64,000 nt of DNA. Origin: Emiliania huxleyi CCMP1516 (lineage: Eukaryota). The stretch spans positions 1-64,000 of the forward strand of contig NW_005202427.1 in the NCBI RefSeq assembly GCF_000372725.1, written 5' to 3'. The notes beneath the pieces were generated by a model. It saw only the letters and a program-made list of their open reading frames with translations, searched no databases and had not been told where the DNA came from. Below are positions 1-10,539 of this stretch, piece by piece; position 1 is the stretch's first letter; every line of letters starts with the position of its first letter. The position numbers and the translations under genes are program-made.

Positions 1-780
1 TGTCGTGGAGGCGGCTCTCACCAGCGCGTGGAGCTTGCGCCGCATGGGAGCGCACTGCGGGTACGAGCACTGCGGGTGCATGCAGCTGAAGACATGCGCC
101 AGCAGCACCCTCCGCTGCTCGCGCTGCCGGCTCGCCTCGCCCGTGCCGGCTGCCGCACTCGTGGAGCCGCCATCGCCGGCGGTGCCTCCACCGCCGCTGG
201 CGAGCGCAGACTCGGCGCCGGCCGTCGCTGAGGCGGGGTCTCTGCACGGCGGGCAGACTTCGTGCCGCGGCGGCATGGCGCCGGAGGAGTGGCAGATCTG
301 ACAGAGCACACACCCCACGGTGCGGCACGCCTCGGCGTGGGCGCGGAGCTTGGTGAGCTTCCCCTTCATCTGAGCGCAGTCCGGGTCGGGGCAGCCCGAG
401 ACGGCGGTGCAGGAGGCGGCGTGCGAGAGCGCCCGCTTCAGTGCCGCCACGTCCGCCTGCGACATGCCCGCTGGCAGCCTCGCAGAGCCCTCTGGCACCG
501 CTGGAGCACCGGCGGCACCGCCTGCTGCGGCACCTGCCACTGCCGCTGGCGCGGCGGACGCGGGTGCAGAGCCCTGCTGCGGCGCGCCACCAACGAGGTG
601 CAGCACCGCAGCGTTGACCACGTCGCGGCCGACGACGTCCACCAGCTGCCGCTGCACAGCCGCGAGATCGGCTCCGACGGCGACAGCGTCGATGGCGGCG
701 TGCTTGTCAGGAGCGCTGCGGCGGCGGAGTTCTTCAATCAACGCCGTGAAGCTGAGCGTAGCTTGCTGCTGGGAGCTCAT
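1..780 (-). CDS. TAZ-type zinc-finger protein, 5' part; runs off the window edge; possible N-terminal RST-like domain
   Basis: Open frame from ATG at 780 to base 1, absent from the ORF track because it has no stop. Contains ALSHAASCTAVSGCPDPDCAQMKGKL..HAEACRTVGCVLC and LLAHVFSCMHPQCSYPQCAPMRRKL, both with TAZ H-x3-C-x4/5-C-x4-C spacing. Confidence 0.7.
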   Translation of the reverse strand, partial: MSSQQQATLSFTALIEELRRRSAPDKHAAIDAVAVGADLAAVQRQLVDVVGRDVVNAAVLHLVGGAPQQGSAPASAAPAAVAGAAAGGAAGAPAVPEGSARLPAGMSQADVAALKRALSHAASCTAVSGCPDPDCAQMKGKLTKLRAHAEACRTVGCVLCQICHSSGAMPPRHEVCPPCRDPASATAGAESALASGGGGTAGDGGSTSAAAGTGEASRQREQRRVLLAHVFSCMHPQCSYPQCAPMRRKLHALVRAASTT

Positions 781-882
781 TCGTGGCGGGGCCGGGTGTG
801 AGCATGGACGCGTGAGCTCCAACCCTCCCAGCTCTTTGACGAAAAAACACGCGCCGCGGACAGCTAGAGTTGTTTGGCTGTG

Positions 883-1016
883 TCCCTTGTCAGGAGCAGG
901 AGAGCCCCACCTGTCCCCCTGATCGTCCTTCCAAAATCCTGCTCGTGCAGGTGGGGACCCTGTCCTCCTCCCCCATCCCTCGTTTGGGTTGTCTGTTTTC
1001 TTTCTTTCTTTTTTTT
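883..1016 (+). mobile_element. Retroposon 3'-end fragment with (TTTC)n tail; empty-site copy of the TRIM host repeat
   Basis: GTCCCTTGTCAGGAGC..AGGAGAGCCCCACCTG..GATCGTCCTTCCAAAATCC recurs at 39905-39930 plus 40724-40830, where the TRIM splits it. Confidence 0.6.
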
Positions 1017-1246
1017 GGCTGTTCCAGAAAAGAAAGAAAGAAAACGGACAAAAGGGAGGGATGGGAGAACGGCACGCCGCCACCACACAGAGCCAACCTG
1101 CACAGCAACCTCGTCCCCAGTTTTTTTTGCGACTTTGATCTAGCAAAAAGTACGAATAATAAGCGCTATCACGCGCCCAGGCGCCCGGGCACCCGAAGGG
1201 CACACAGCCACACACGAGGAATATGTACGACCTTCGTACCAAGCTA

Positions 1247-1661
1247 CTACGTGCGCGATAATGCTATAGCGCGGTGAGATCGCTCTCTCTCTCTCCTCGT
1301 CCGCATCGCTCTCCTCGCCGCCGGCGCCACGAGACGCACCGGCCTCCTCCTCGTAGTGGCCTCGGACGGCCCTGCTGCGCCTTGCGGCGGTGCTTGCTGC
1401 GGCTGCGGCTCGAGCAGGCGGACGGTCGTGTCCCACAGGTGCCGCGCGCGCGCCAGCGCCGCCTCCTCGGCGGTGGCAAAGTAGCCGAGGGTGACTTTCT
1501 TGCCTCCAGTCGTTACCTGCAGCTTGTACTGCTTGGTATGTCGCTGCTTCGGGTAGAAGAGCACGCCTTTGTAGCCGCTGTTGCTGCTGCCGCTGGTGAC
1601 TAGAGTCAGGCCCTCCCTCCCCGCCTGCCGGACCGCCTCTGCGCCAGCGGCGGTGGTGGTG

Positions 1662-1705
<44 letters not shown>

Positions 1706-2125
1706 GGTGAGATCGCTGGTGTCCCTGCCCGCCTCCCTGCGGGCGTAGAAGAGCGCCGCCTGCTCAGCGGTGGCGAAGGAGCCGAGGCTGACTTGCTTGC
1801 CGCCAACCTTCACCGACAGCAGGTACTTCTTGCTGCCTTCCCGCTTCGGGCAGAAGCTCACGCCTTTGTAGCCGGTGCTGTTGTTGCTGCTGGTGACCAG
1901 GGTCAGGGCCTCCCTCTCCGCCTGCCGTATCGCCTCGGCGCCAGCGGGAGAGGAAGGCACGGGTGGCGGCGGCGGCGCGGTGAGATCGCTAGTGTCCCTG
2001 CCCGCCTCCCTGCGGGCGTAGAAGAGCGCCGCCTGCTCGGCGGTGGCAAAATAGCCGAGGGAGCCTTGCTTGCCGCCAACCCACGCCCGCAGCTCGTACT
2101 TCTTGCTGCCTCTTTCGGCTGCTTT
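1247..2125 (-). pseudogene. Tandem AP2-domain protein (two complete domains and one 5'-truncated domain), probably disrupted
   Basis: Repeated units S(T/S)GYKGVxF.PK...KY.L.V..GGKQVSLGxFATAEQAALFYAR separated by poly-Pro. The upstream unit is cut near 2125 by unrelated repeat-like DNA. Confidence 0.7.
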
Positions 2126-2724
2126 TGACCAGAACTCGCCCCTAGGTGCCCTTCGGCGATGGCAGCCCCTCTCTGGGGTGTTGCATAGGCGGGGAGTCTC
2201 CCCCGCTGGTCTCCTCATTCCCTTTTTCTTTTTATTTTGAGCTGGGTGTGCCGCCGCGCGGCGCTCGCGCGGCGGCGGCGGTGTGTGTGTGTGTGTGAGG
2301 GGGGGGGGGGGGGGAGCACCCAGGGCAAAGGCAACGGTCATCGGCTCCTCCAGGTTGGAAAAGGGGAGGGGGGATGGGCGGTCCGCCAGGGGGTTATAGC
2401 CCAACAGTGCGTGCGGGGTAGCCACCACTTTCCTGCCTCACAAGGGCGGGGCTGTCCCGGAAAGTGAGAAACCCCGGGCAGCGTGGTGCACGACTGCAAC
2501 CTCCCATACGTATTTTCGTTCGCTTCTCCCTCGGGCTGTTCCATCTCCTCATATCCTTCCCACCTGGGCGGGGCGGGGGCCGGGGGGGCGGCGGGCGCGG
2601 GGTGCGGGGTGCGGTGCGGTGCGTGCAATCGTGTGTTTGGCGTCATGTTGTGCCTCGCAGCTGCGTATTCTCGTATTATCTTCGAGTAGTTGCGTGGGGG
2701 CGGTACGTATTCTCGTATCAGTAG

Positions 2725-2961
2725 CTTAGTGTCGTGTCCACTAGCTCCGAGTAGAGGGTGCGTTCTGCTGCTAGGGGAAACCCGGAGCGCGGTACTATCC
2801 CTCGGAGACCCGTGTTATGGCCCTGCGAACGCGCACCCCCCAGGGCTAGGGCTCTCTTGCCCGCAACCCGATCCCGATCATCCGGCCCGCTGGGTGCGCT
2901 CCTCAGCTCCCCGGCCCTGGATGTGAGGCTGATAACTGCACTCCAAGTGCTCCAAGTGCTC
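2725..2961 (+). mobile_element. Dispersed retroposon-like repeat ending in (CTCCAAGTG)2
   Basis: The same sequence occurs at 32661-33365 (minus, interrupted), 42462-42542 (plus, short) and 60629-60840 (minus). The tail end is fixed and the other end is variable. Confidence 0.65.
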
Positions 2962-2974
2962 CTTCGACAAGCGA

Positions 2975-3350
2975 CGTGGCGCGAGGAGAGCTCGATAGAC
3001 TCGAGGGGCCAAGATATGCAGCGAGGAGGGCGGAGCTGCGCCGAAAGGCGCAAGAAGCCGCGAGAACAAGGGACCGGCAGGCGGCGGCGGCGTCGCAGGA
3101 CGAGGCAGAAGAGAGCGACGCGACAGAAGAAGAAGTGACAAGGGAGAGAACGACGAGAGTGGGACGACCGCGAGGTGGCATGAAGGTTGCAGCGAGAAGC
3201 GGCGAGAGACTGCGAAGAGAGATAGGAAGAGGCAGACTCCCTAGGGTGGGCGACGGCTAGCGCATCACACACCTCTCCTTAAAATCCCTGTGTGGTGGCG
3301 GCGTGCCGTCCTCCCCATCCCTCCCTTGGGTTGTCCGTTTTGTTTCTTTT
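2975..3350 (+). mobile_element. 5'-truncated LINE-like copy (family A; ORF ends ..RVGDG*, T-rich tail)
   Basis: Near-identical to 5898-6140, 36930-37225, 38262-38906 and 18068 onward (minus). Confidence 0.75.
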
Positions 3351-3487
3351 AGAGCGACGTGGCGTGGGCGGTTGAGCATCCCTCGGGGGCCCCCCTCTGC
3401 GCCGGGGAGGCGTTGTTGGAGGCTAGCGTCCGTCGCCGTTTTAAAATCGGGGCCCACTCCGCTGGCGCTGCGCTCCGCCTCCGACCC

Positions 3488-3713
3488 AAATAAATAAACA
3501 AAACGGACACCTCTACTAGGAGATGGGTAAAAAGGAACAGGTCCCCGCCCTGCGGTCTTTGTGCAGGGTTCTTTGTGGGTGTGGTCGGCGACTAGCCGGG
3601 GTCGTCCTCCCGATGCGCGATGGGGGACTAGCACTAGCCGTCTTCCACATGGTCCCTCGGGTCCCCTGCTGCTCCTAATCTCGTCGTACATCCTCCTGCT
3701 GATCTCCGCAACA
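3488..3713 (-). mobile_element. 5'-truncated LINE-like copy (family B) with (TTTA)n tail and 8-bp TSD
   Basis: Flanked by TCCGACCC at 3480-3487 and 3714-3721. The uninterrupted host repeat is at 7492-7670 and a longer copy at 8510-8990. Confidence 0.75.
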
Positions 3714-4491
3714 TCCGACCCGATTTTTGAGGGCCATGAAATTTAAGGTGTTGCTGCGCAAAAGGGGCGGGGCGCGGGCGCGCGCGGCCCGCCGAGAGCT
3801 CTTTTTGGAGACCAGACCTTTCGATGGTTCATGTGCTTTCTATGTCTATTCTACGTCATGCTTCATGAGGCACGACACGCGGTGGTGGGAGCTGGTGGAG
3901 CTGTCAGCTGATCGATCCAAGCGGGTGGGGAGTGGGGGGCATGGCTGGGCATGCAGGTCCGCCAGTCGGCCCGGCCTCTGACGTGGTGCTGCCGCTGCAT
4001 TCGCTGAAGAAGAGAGGTGCGACTTGATTGGAGGCACTGGAGGCGAGGCGAAGGGAGGTTGGGCCGGGCCGTGAGGGGCTGATGGCGCTGGCCAGCGCGG
4101 GGTGTGAGATGTCGTCGTCGTCGTATACTGCTGGCCCTCGCCCTCAGTTGCCAGGGCTGTGGGCTGCAGAATTGGCGTCTGTGGCGTCTACGCAGGCTCT
4201 GCAGCGTGATGGCAGTCGGAACTGCGAGGCCGGCGGCAGCGGAAGGAGAGGCTGGGCACGAGCCAGGAAGAGGCTGGCCAGGTCCGCAGGTGGCTGCACT
4301 CGGGCGAGGCGCGCGCGCGCATGGCAGGCCGAGGATCATTTCGTCCGTCCAATCGAAGGAAGCGCTGGATCGCCCATGTTGAGATTCCGTGTTTTTGCAC
4401 GGTATTCGGATTTTCGCTATTTGGTCGTGTGGGTGTGTATTCCGGGATTAGTCAATGGTACCGTGTCGGCGACGCGGGCGCCTTGCGGGCA

Positions 4492-4566
4492 AAAAAAAAG
4501 AAAGAAAACACACAACCCAAGGGAGGGATGGGAGGACGGAACGCCGCCACCACACAGGGATTTTAA
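4492..4566 (-). mobile_element. Very short 3'-end insertion of LINE family A with TSD GCGGGCA
   Basis: GCGGGCA on both sides; the uninterrupted host repeat is at 8380-8508. Confidence 0.7.
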
Positions 4567-5225
4567 GCGGGCAGAGAGAGCCCTAACCACCCTCGTTTAT
4601 CTTGCGCGGTCAAAACTCTACAGGCGAGCCCGGTGTGAGGAAAGCAATGTGCTCGCCCAGGTGCCAGGTCGCTGTCTGTCCGTTCTCCGTCCGTTCTCAC
4701 CCTTCCTTGGGATTGTTTGTGTTCTTCCTGAGTACACAGCAGCATGTCGTGACTCGTGTTCACCCCATCATCGGAGGAGAAAGAAAAGGAGCCCGCGGAG
4801 AGACCACAAGCAGACAAGGCGAGACAACGGAGGACCCCACGCTCTCTCGTCTGAGCCGCTCAATCCCGAGGGACTTCCCGGCTCTCGGCCCGAGGCGGGG
4901 CACTGGCGGGGCGACTGTCCCGCCTCGGGTGGTCGGGGGTGGCGGTACAAGCGAGAGACGGCAGACGGGGGGTACCGCCGGACGCCGACGGTGTTGAAAG
5001 CATGACGGAAGTCCACACAGGCCGGACAGGGTTTAAGTCGCACGACGTGGCCGCCGGGAAGCGACGCCCTGGGCGCCCATGTTTTATTATAATGCAAAGC
5101 AAAAACATACTAAACTAAAAAGGCTGGCGCTAAGCATGCCGCCGCGCGCCTCGGCCTGCCACGACTGTCGGAGGCGCCTGAGGCATCTGCAGCGCGCCGC
5201 GGACGCACGGCTCACCCGACTTTTC

Positions 5226-5840
5226 TCACGCCTTCGGGCCGATGTGCCGCTCGACGGGGCCGTCGGCGGGGCGGCCGGCCACGCTCACAAGGTTGATGCA
5301 GTAGCGGTTGCCAGTGCCGTCGGGCAGGTTGTGGCCGAGGTGCGTGCCCGCGGTCGAGACGCACTCCCCGTCGGGCAGCACGCGCACGTAGTCCCAGTTG
5401 ACCTCGGCGTCGCGGAACGAGGGCCAGCCGTGCGAGCGCGACTCCTTGACGAAGCTCTGCCAGGTGCGGCCGCGGGGCCCGTAGAAGAGCGGGTCTCCGC
5501 TGTTGGAGTCGAAGAACGTGATCTCCTCGGTGTTGGCCTCCTCCTCCTTGAGGAACGTTGTCGAGCGCTCCCAGTAGCCGGCATTCTCCGCGTAGTGCCG
5601 GTTGAAATTGCAGATCCGGTCGGCGAGGTCGGCGCCGCAGTTCCAGCGCAAATCCTTCTGGACGGGAACTTCGCTCGTTCCGTGCGCCTTTTGAGACATG
5701 AGTGACTCCTCGCCGATGACGACGGGCGGGCCGTAGCGCGGGGCCTTGCTCGTGAGCGCGTCGAAGAGGCCCATGTTGACGTGTGGGACGCGGATCGCCG
5801 CTGCAAGCGACAGGAAGGGCAGGGTGCGCAAGACGCGCAT
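5226..5840 (-). CDS. msrB: Methionine-R-sulfoxide reductase (MsrB/SelR family) with N-terminal targeting-like peptide
   Basis: Motifs HGWPSF, HLGH and RYCIN. The ATG at 5840 gives MRVLRTLPFLSLAAA. The longer ORF start lies in repeat DNA. Confidence 0.88.
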   Translation of the reverse strand: MRVLRTLPFLSLAAAIRVPHVNMGLFDALTSKAPRYGPPVVIGEESLMSQKAHGTSEVPVQKDLRWNCGADLADRICNFNRHYAENAGYWERSTTFLKEEEANTEEITFFDSNSGDPLFYGPRGRTWQSFVKESRSHGWPSFRDAEVNWDYVRVLPDGECVSTAGTHLGHNLPDGTGNRYCINLVSVAGRPADGPVERHIGPKA

Positions 5841-5897
5841 CCGAGAGTTTTCCGGACGCGGTATCGAGAATTTCACGCCGTTGCCGACCGCACTCCA

Positions 5898-6140
5898 AGT
5901 GGCATGAAGGTTGCAGCGAGAAGCGGCGAGAGACTGCGAAGAGAGATAGGAAGAGGCAGACTCCCTAGGGTGGGCGACGGCTAGCACCACACTCCTCTCC
6001 TTAACATCCCTGTGTGGTGGCTGGCGGCGTGCCGTCCTCCCATCCCTCCCTTGTGTGGCAGCACCTGTTTTCTTTCTTTCTTTACTCCAAGTGCTCCTCC
6101 CATCCCTCCCTTGGGTTGTCTGTTTTCTTTCTTTCTTTCT
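5898..6140 (+). mobile_element. LINE family A 3' end with partly duplicated tail
   Basis: Matches 3175-3350. Confidence 0.7.
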
Positions 6141-6199
6141 TTGCTCCAGCAGCCTCACATGCTGACAACACAACAACTCTCACATGCTGCCGGCGCTAC

Positions 6200-6325
6200 A
6201 TCTCGGGAACATGCACATGCACAACAACATGCATGTCCATGCACATGTGCATGTGCATGTGCAGTCATGTGCATGTGCATGCACATGCACATGCACATGT
6301 GCATGTGACATGTATGTGCATGCAC
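6200..6325. repeat. (CATGTG/CACATG)n microsatellite, self-complementary
   Basis: Runs of GCACAT and GTGCAT visible directly. Confidence 0.85.
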
Positions 6326-6368
6326 GAAAAGGAACAAACGCGCCCTCTCTTCGTTCGGTTGGCCAGAA

Positions 6369-7382
6369 CTAACTCAAACTGCCCCCCTCCTCCTCACCTC
6401 CGCCGCCGCCCTCCTCCGCCGCCTCCAGCCTCGCCACCTGGCGCTGCTTCCTCCGCTCGAGCCGCGTGAACAGCTTTTGCTTGTTTTTGACGGGCGTGTA
6501 CCACCACGTCGCTGCCTCGCGCGCCACGCCGCAGTCGCACTGCTGGTGGCATTGGCTGTCGCCGTGCACCGCAACGCCGCGCGCCGCGACGCCCGAGAGG
6601 ATCGCCTCGCCGAGAGGGTTGGAGTGGTCGCGGCACAGGTGGTCGGCGAGCTGCGCGTGCAGGCACTTCACCTCGGGCTTCGAGGGGCTCTGGCCGGCGA
6701 CGCCGCTGTTGAGCACCAGCTCGCTAAGCTCTTCGCGCGAGAGGGCGCGCGGCGGCCGCGCGCCCGACTTTGCGCCGGCGCCCGTCCGCTTCCGGCGCGG
6801 CGGCGGCGGCGGCGGCGCGGCGGCGTCCGCCTCACGCGACCGCTGCAGCGCCTCCTCGAGCCGGCTACCGACGAGTGCGCGCCGCGCGAGGGCATGCCTT
6901 CGGTTGGCCTCCTCGAGGTCGGCTCTCGAGCACTCGCTCACCCTCCCCTCGTCCACCTCCGCCTGGAGCTGGCGCACGGCGCCCTCTGCCTCCCACCGGT
7001 CCACCGCCTGCACGAGCAGCGGGCACGACAGCCGGAAGAGGCCCGAGTCGAGCGGCGCCCGCCGCGCACGGCCACCGTGAAAGCGCGCGAGCGGGTCCCA
7101 CACAAACGCCTGCGGGTGGCCGTGGACGCAGCGCGCGCCGACGGCGAGCGGGTACGGCCGATAGCCGAGCTGGCGTTCGAGAGCACCCATGTCCGACACG
7201 CTGACTGGACCGACGGCCAGCCGCGCCTCTGCTGCCGCCGCGGGTGGCTCGCGAGGAGAGGGGCCGGAGCCGGCGCGGAGCGAGCGGGTGCCACCGCAGC
7301 ACCACGCGAAGCCGGTAATGACGCGCAGCCAGCGGAGACGACGAGGTCGCGAGAAGAACTGCAGGCCGAGGAGGAGGCTCAT
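6369..7382 (-). CDS. DUF501-family protein with N-terminal extension
   Basis: RQLG..P..V.ARC.HG.P, F.LSCP.L...V.R.E..G and VKCLHA.LA.HL...NP.G match the DUF501 pattern as recalled. Confidence 0.75.
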   Translation of the reverse strand: MSLLLGLQFFSRPRRLRWLRVITGFAWCCGGTRSLRAGSGPSPREPPAAAAEARLAVGPVSVSDMGALERQLGYRPYPLAVGARCVHGHPQAFVWDPLARFHGGRARRAPLDSGLFRLSCPLLVQAVDRWEAEGAVRQLQAEVDEGRVSECSRADLEEANRRHALARRALVGSRLEEALQRSREADAAAPPPPPPRRKRTGAGAKSGARPPRALSREELSELVLNSGVAGQSPSKPEVKCLHAQLADHLCRDHSNPLGEAILSGVAARGVAVHGDSQCHQQCDCGVAREAATWWYTPVKNKQKLFTRLERRKQRQVARLEAAEEGGGGGEEEGGSLS

Positions 7383-8509
7383 GTCGACTGATCGATGTGA
7401 TGATGTCGAGAGCAGGAGAATTCACCAACGTCATTTCTTACTCAAATAAATAACGTGTGGGCTCAGCAGAGCTGGGAAGAGGACCGCCGCAAGCGTGGCG
7501 TGGAGCGGTTGTGCATCCCTCCGGGGGCCCCTCTGCGCCGGGGAGGCGTTGTTGGAGGCTAGGACGCAAGCGTCCGTCGCCCTTTTTCAAACTCGGGGCC
7601 CACTCCGCTACGCTCCGACCCGAATTTGGAGGGCCTGAAAGTTTAAGGTGTTGCTGCGCAAAAGGGGTCGGACACAGGGCGCAGCTCATGCTAAGAGCTA
7701 GAAGGGGAGATGGAGAGAACAACCACCCTGTCCCGTTATTGCGTACACCAACACCACAAAGCTCTCTCTCTCCTGCTCCTCACCTCACACTCAGGGGGCG
7801 GTCACGACTACCGAGTTCCTAGAGTCTAGCTGCCACGTTCAAAACCAGGACGGCGACAGTGATGGTGCTATCACGGGCATGGTCAGGGGAAAGTGGAGCG
7901 GGGGGGGGCGAGCGTCAGCCAGCCAGGTGATAGTAGAGCAGGCGCTTTGTGGGTGGCGGTGGGCGGCGGCGCTGGGTGGCCGGCTGAATCGTTAGCTGAG
8001 CTCCTCTCTCAAGCTCGATCACGCATGACGCACGTAACCTGACAACGTCGGCGAGCTTCTGGATCAGGTTAGGTTGCTGGAGCACCTCCAACTCCTCCTC
8101 TGAGTCAGACACGCCAACGTCGACGACTGCGCCCTCCTCCTCCTCCTCCGATTCGCCGACTGCACCCTTCTCCTCCATGGGCTCGATCCGATTCCGCAGC
8201 GTGTCGTCCTCAGCGGCGGTGTTGCGCGGGAGGCGGCCGCGGGCACGCTGGGCTCGATCAGCGGCTTTCCCTCAGTTGCTCCGAAAGCACGGATTTGGCG
8301 GACGTCGCGGCTTCAATTTTACGATGTCTTGGCACCAGGTGAAGGCTTGCCCCCGTCCACGGCCCAGATCACGCAGTTCGTGCACGGTATTCGGATTTTG
8401 CTATTTGTTCGTGTGGGGGTATGTTGCAGATTTGTCAATGGTACCGCGTCTGCGACGCGGGCGCCTTGCGGGCAGAGCCCTTAGCCACCCTTTATATCTT
8501 GCGCGGTCA

Positions 8510-8990
8510 TAAATAAATAAAACGGACACCTCTACTAGGAGATGGGTAAAAAGGAACAGGTCCCCGCCCTGCGGTCTTTGTGCAGGGTTCTTTGTGGGTG
8601 TGGTCGGCGACTAGCCGGGGTCGTCCTCCCGATGGGGGACTAGCACTAGCCGTCTTCCACATGGTCCCTCGGGTCCCTGCTGCTCCTAATCTCGTCGTAC
8701 ATCCTCCTGCTGATCTCAGCAACATCCTGCTCCCTCCCTCGTCTCGCCCTGCGCGTCTGCTCCGCCTCCCCGTCGTCTGCCCTGCGTCGTCTGGTGACGG
8801 GTCCTCCGTAGTCGGTCGAGGTCGCCGCCCTCCTCGTGCCTCTTCCCAACGTTTCCTCGGCGGCCGATGCCGTCTGCTCCGACTCCGCCGTCCCCGGGTC
8901 TGCCCTGCCCTCGTCTGCGCTAGCTTCTGTTTCGTCATCACTGATGTCAGTCCTCTTCTACTTCTTTCTCCTCGCGCTCTTTTACTAATT
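8510..8990 (-). mobile_element. LINE-like family B, longer copy
   Basis: Identical 3' part to 3488-3713; ORF remnant ends ..DHVEDG*. Upstream limit approximate. Confidence 0.65.
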
Positions 8991-8998
8991 TCTTTTCA

Positions 8999-9640
8999 TT
9001 ACCGCGGCAAGGGAAAAGTATGCAAACGAAAGGCACCTCCGCCTCTGGACAGGGTGGCCCGCCCTAATCGACCCCTGTTAAGTAACTCGTTCGCTTTCCA
9101 CCCACTGTGATTTTGTGTGAGCTCTGTGTCTTGCGTTGCCAACAACATACCTACACAAAGATCGAAGAACGAAGCCGACTCCGTCGCCTCAAGCCGCCGG
9201 CGAGTCTTCCTCCAGTGCAGAGAGCGCGCGACGTGGTGGAAAAACAGTGCATGCATGGTGTTACACAGTAGGGCGGCTCCCGTTACCAGGCCGTAGCGCA
9301 CAGTGTCCCGTCGTCGTCGAGGAGCGCCACCTAGAGCGGGCAGGAAGGACGTCAAGGGTGTGTCCGTCGGGAGGCGGCTTGCGGCCCCAGGAGGCGCCGC
9401 CACCCCTGAGACGGCAAAGATAATGGCGAGCAGGGCGAGTATCAGCGCGATGAGCAGGGCCGCCGCCTGCACCCGCACGTCGCGCCATCCCGCCCAGTAG
9501 CCTGCGTCTGACGGCGGGGTGGGCCTGGCCGGCTCTCGTGCTCCAGCACTGAGAGGGAAAGGGTCTGCTCCGCGGCGGTTCGCCCCCTCGCTGCCCGGGG
9601 TGACGCTGACGGTGATGGCTTGGAGGTCCTACGCGTGCGC
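8999..9640 (-). CDS. Hypothetical membrane protein, 3' part (5' end in gap)
   Basis: Hydrophobic stretches ALLIALILALLAIIFAV and YGLVTGAALLC; no family recognised. Confidence 0.3.
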
Positions 9641-10539
9641 ACATGGCCGAGCGTCCTAAGTCACTCGAGGTCNNNNNNNNNNNNNNNNNNNNNNNNNNNN
9701 NNNNNNNNNNNNNNNNNNNNNNNNNNNNNNNNNNNNNNNNNNNNNNNNNNNNNNNNNNNNNNNNNNNNNNNNNNNNNNNNNNNNNNNNNNNNNNNNNNNN
9801 NNNNNNNNNNNNNNNNNNNNNNNNNNNNNNNNNNNNNNNNNNNNNNNNNNNNNNNNNNNNNNNNNNNNNNNNNNNNNNNNNNNNNNNNNNNNNNNNNNNN
9901 NNNNNNNNNNNNNNNNNNNNNNNNNNNNNNNNNNNNNNNNNNNNNNNNNNNNNNNNNNNNNNNNNNNNNNNNNNNNNNNNNNNNNNNNNNNNNNNNNNNN
10001 NNNNNNNNNNNNNNNNNNNNNNNNNNNNNNNNNNNNNNNNNNNNNNNNNNNNNNNNNNNNNNNNNNNNNNNNNNNNNNNNNNNNNNNNNNNNNNNNNNNN
10101 NNNNNNNNNNNNNNNNNNNNNNNNNNNNNNNNNNNNNNNNNNNNNNNNNNNNNNNNNNNNNNNNNNNNNNNNNNNNNNNNNNNNNNNNNNNNNNNNNNNN
10201 NNNNNNNNNNNNNNNNNNNNNNNNNNNNNNNNNNNNNNNNNNNNNNNNNNNNNNNNNNNNNNNNNNNNNNNNNNNNNNNNNNNNNNNNNNNNNNNNNNNN
10301 NNNNNNNNNNNNNNNNNNNNNNNNNNNNNNNNNNNNNNNNNNNNNNNNNNNNNNNNNNNNNNNNNNNNNNNNNNNNNNNNNNNNNNNNNNNNNNNNNNNN
10401 NNNNNNGGTGGCTACGGCCACACTGTGGGGTAGATGTGACGTGTGCCTGCGCTCGCGGCGGCATGAATCGGAGGAAGATGTGTGGGGGGTTGAGCCAGCG
10501 GGGTGGGTCGTTTCAGTATAGTCAAAGTAGTTCTACGTC

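Noticed and set aside
4745..5046. Possible solo LTR (TGTCGTG...CACGACG)
   Set aside because: Only a short terminal inverted match; no second copy or TSD in the window.
6012..6372. His/Met/Cys-rich metal-binding ORFs
   Set aside because: Translations of the (CATGTG)n microsatellite.
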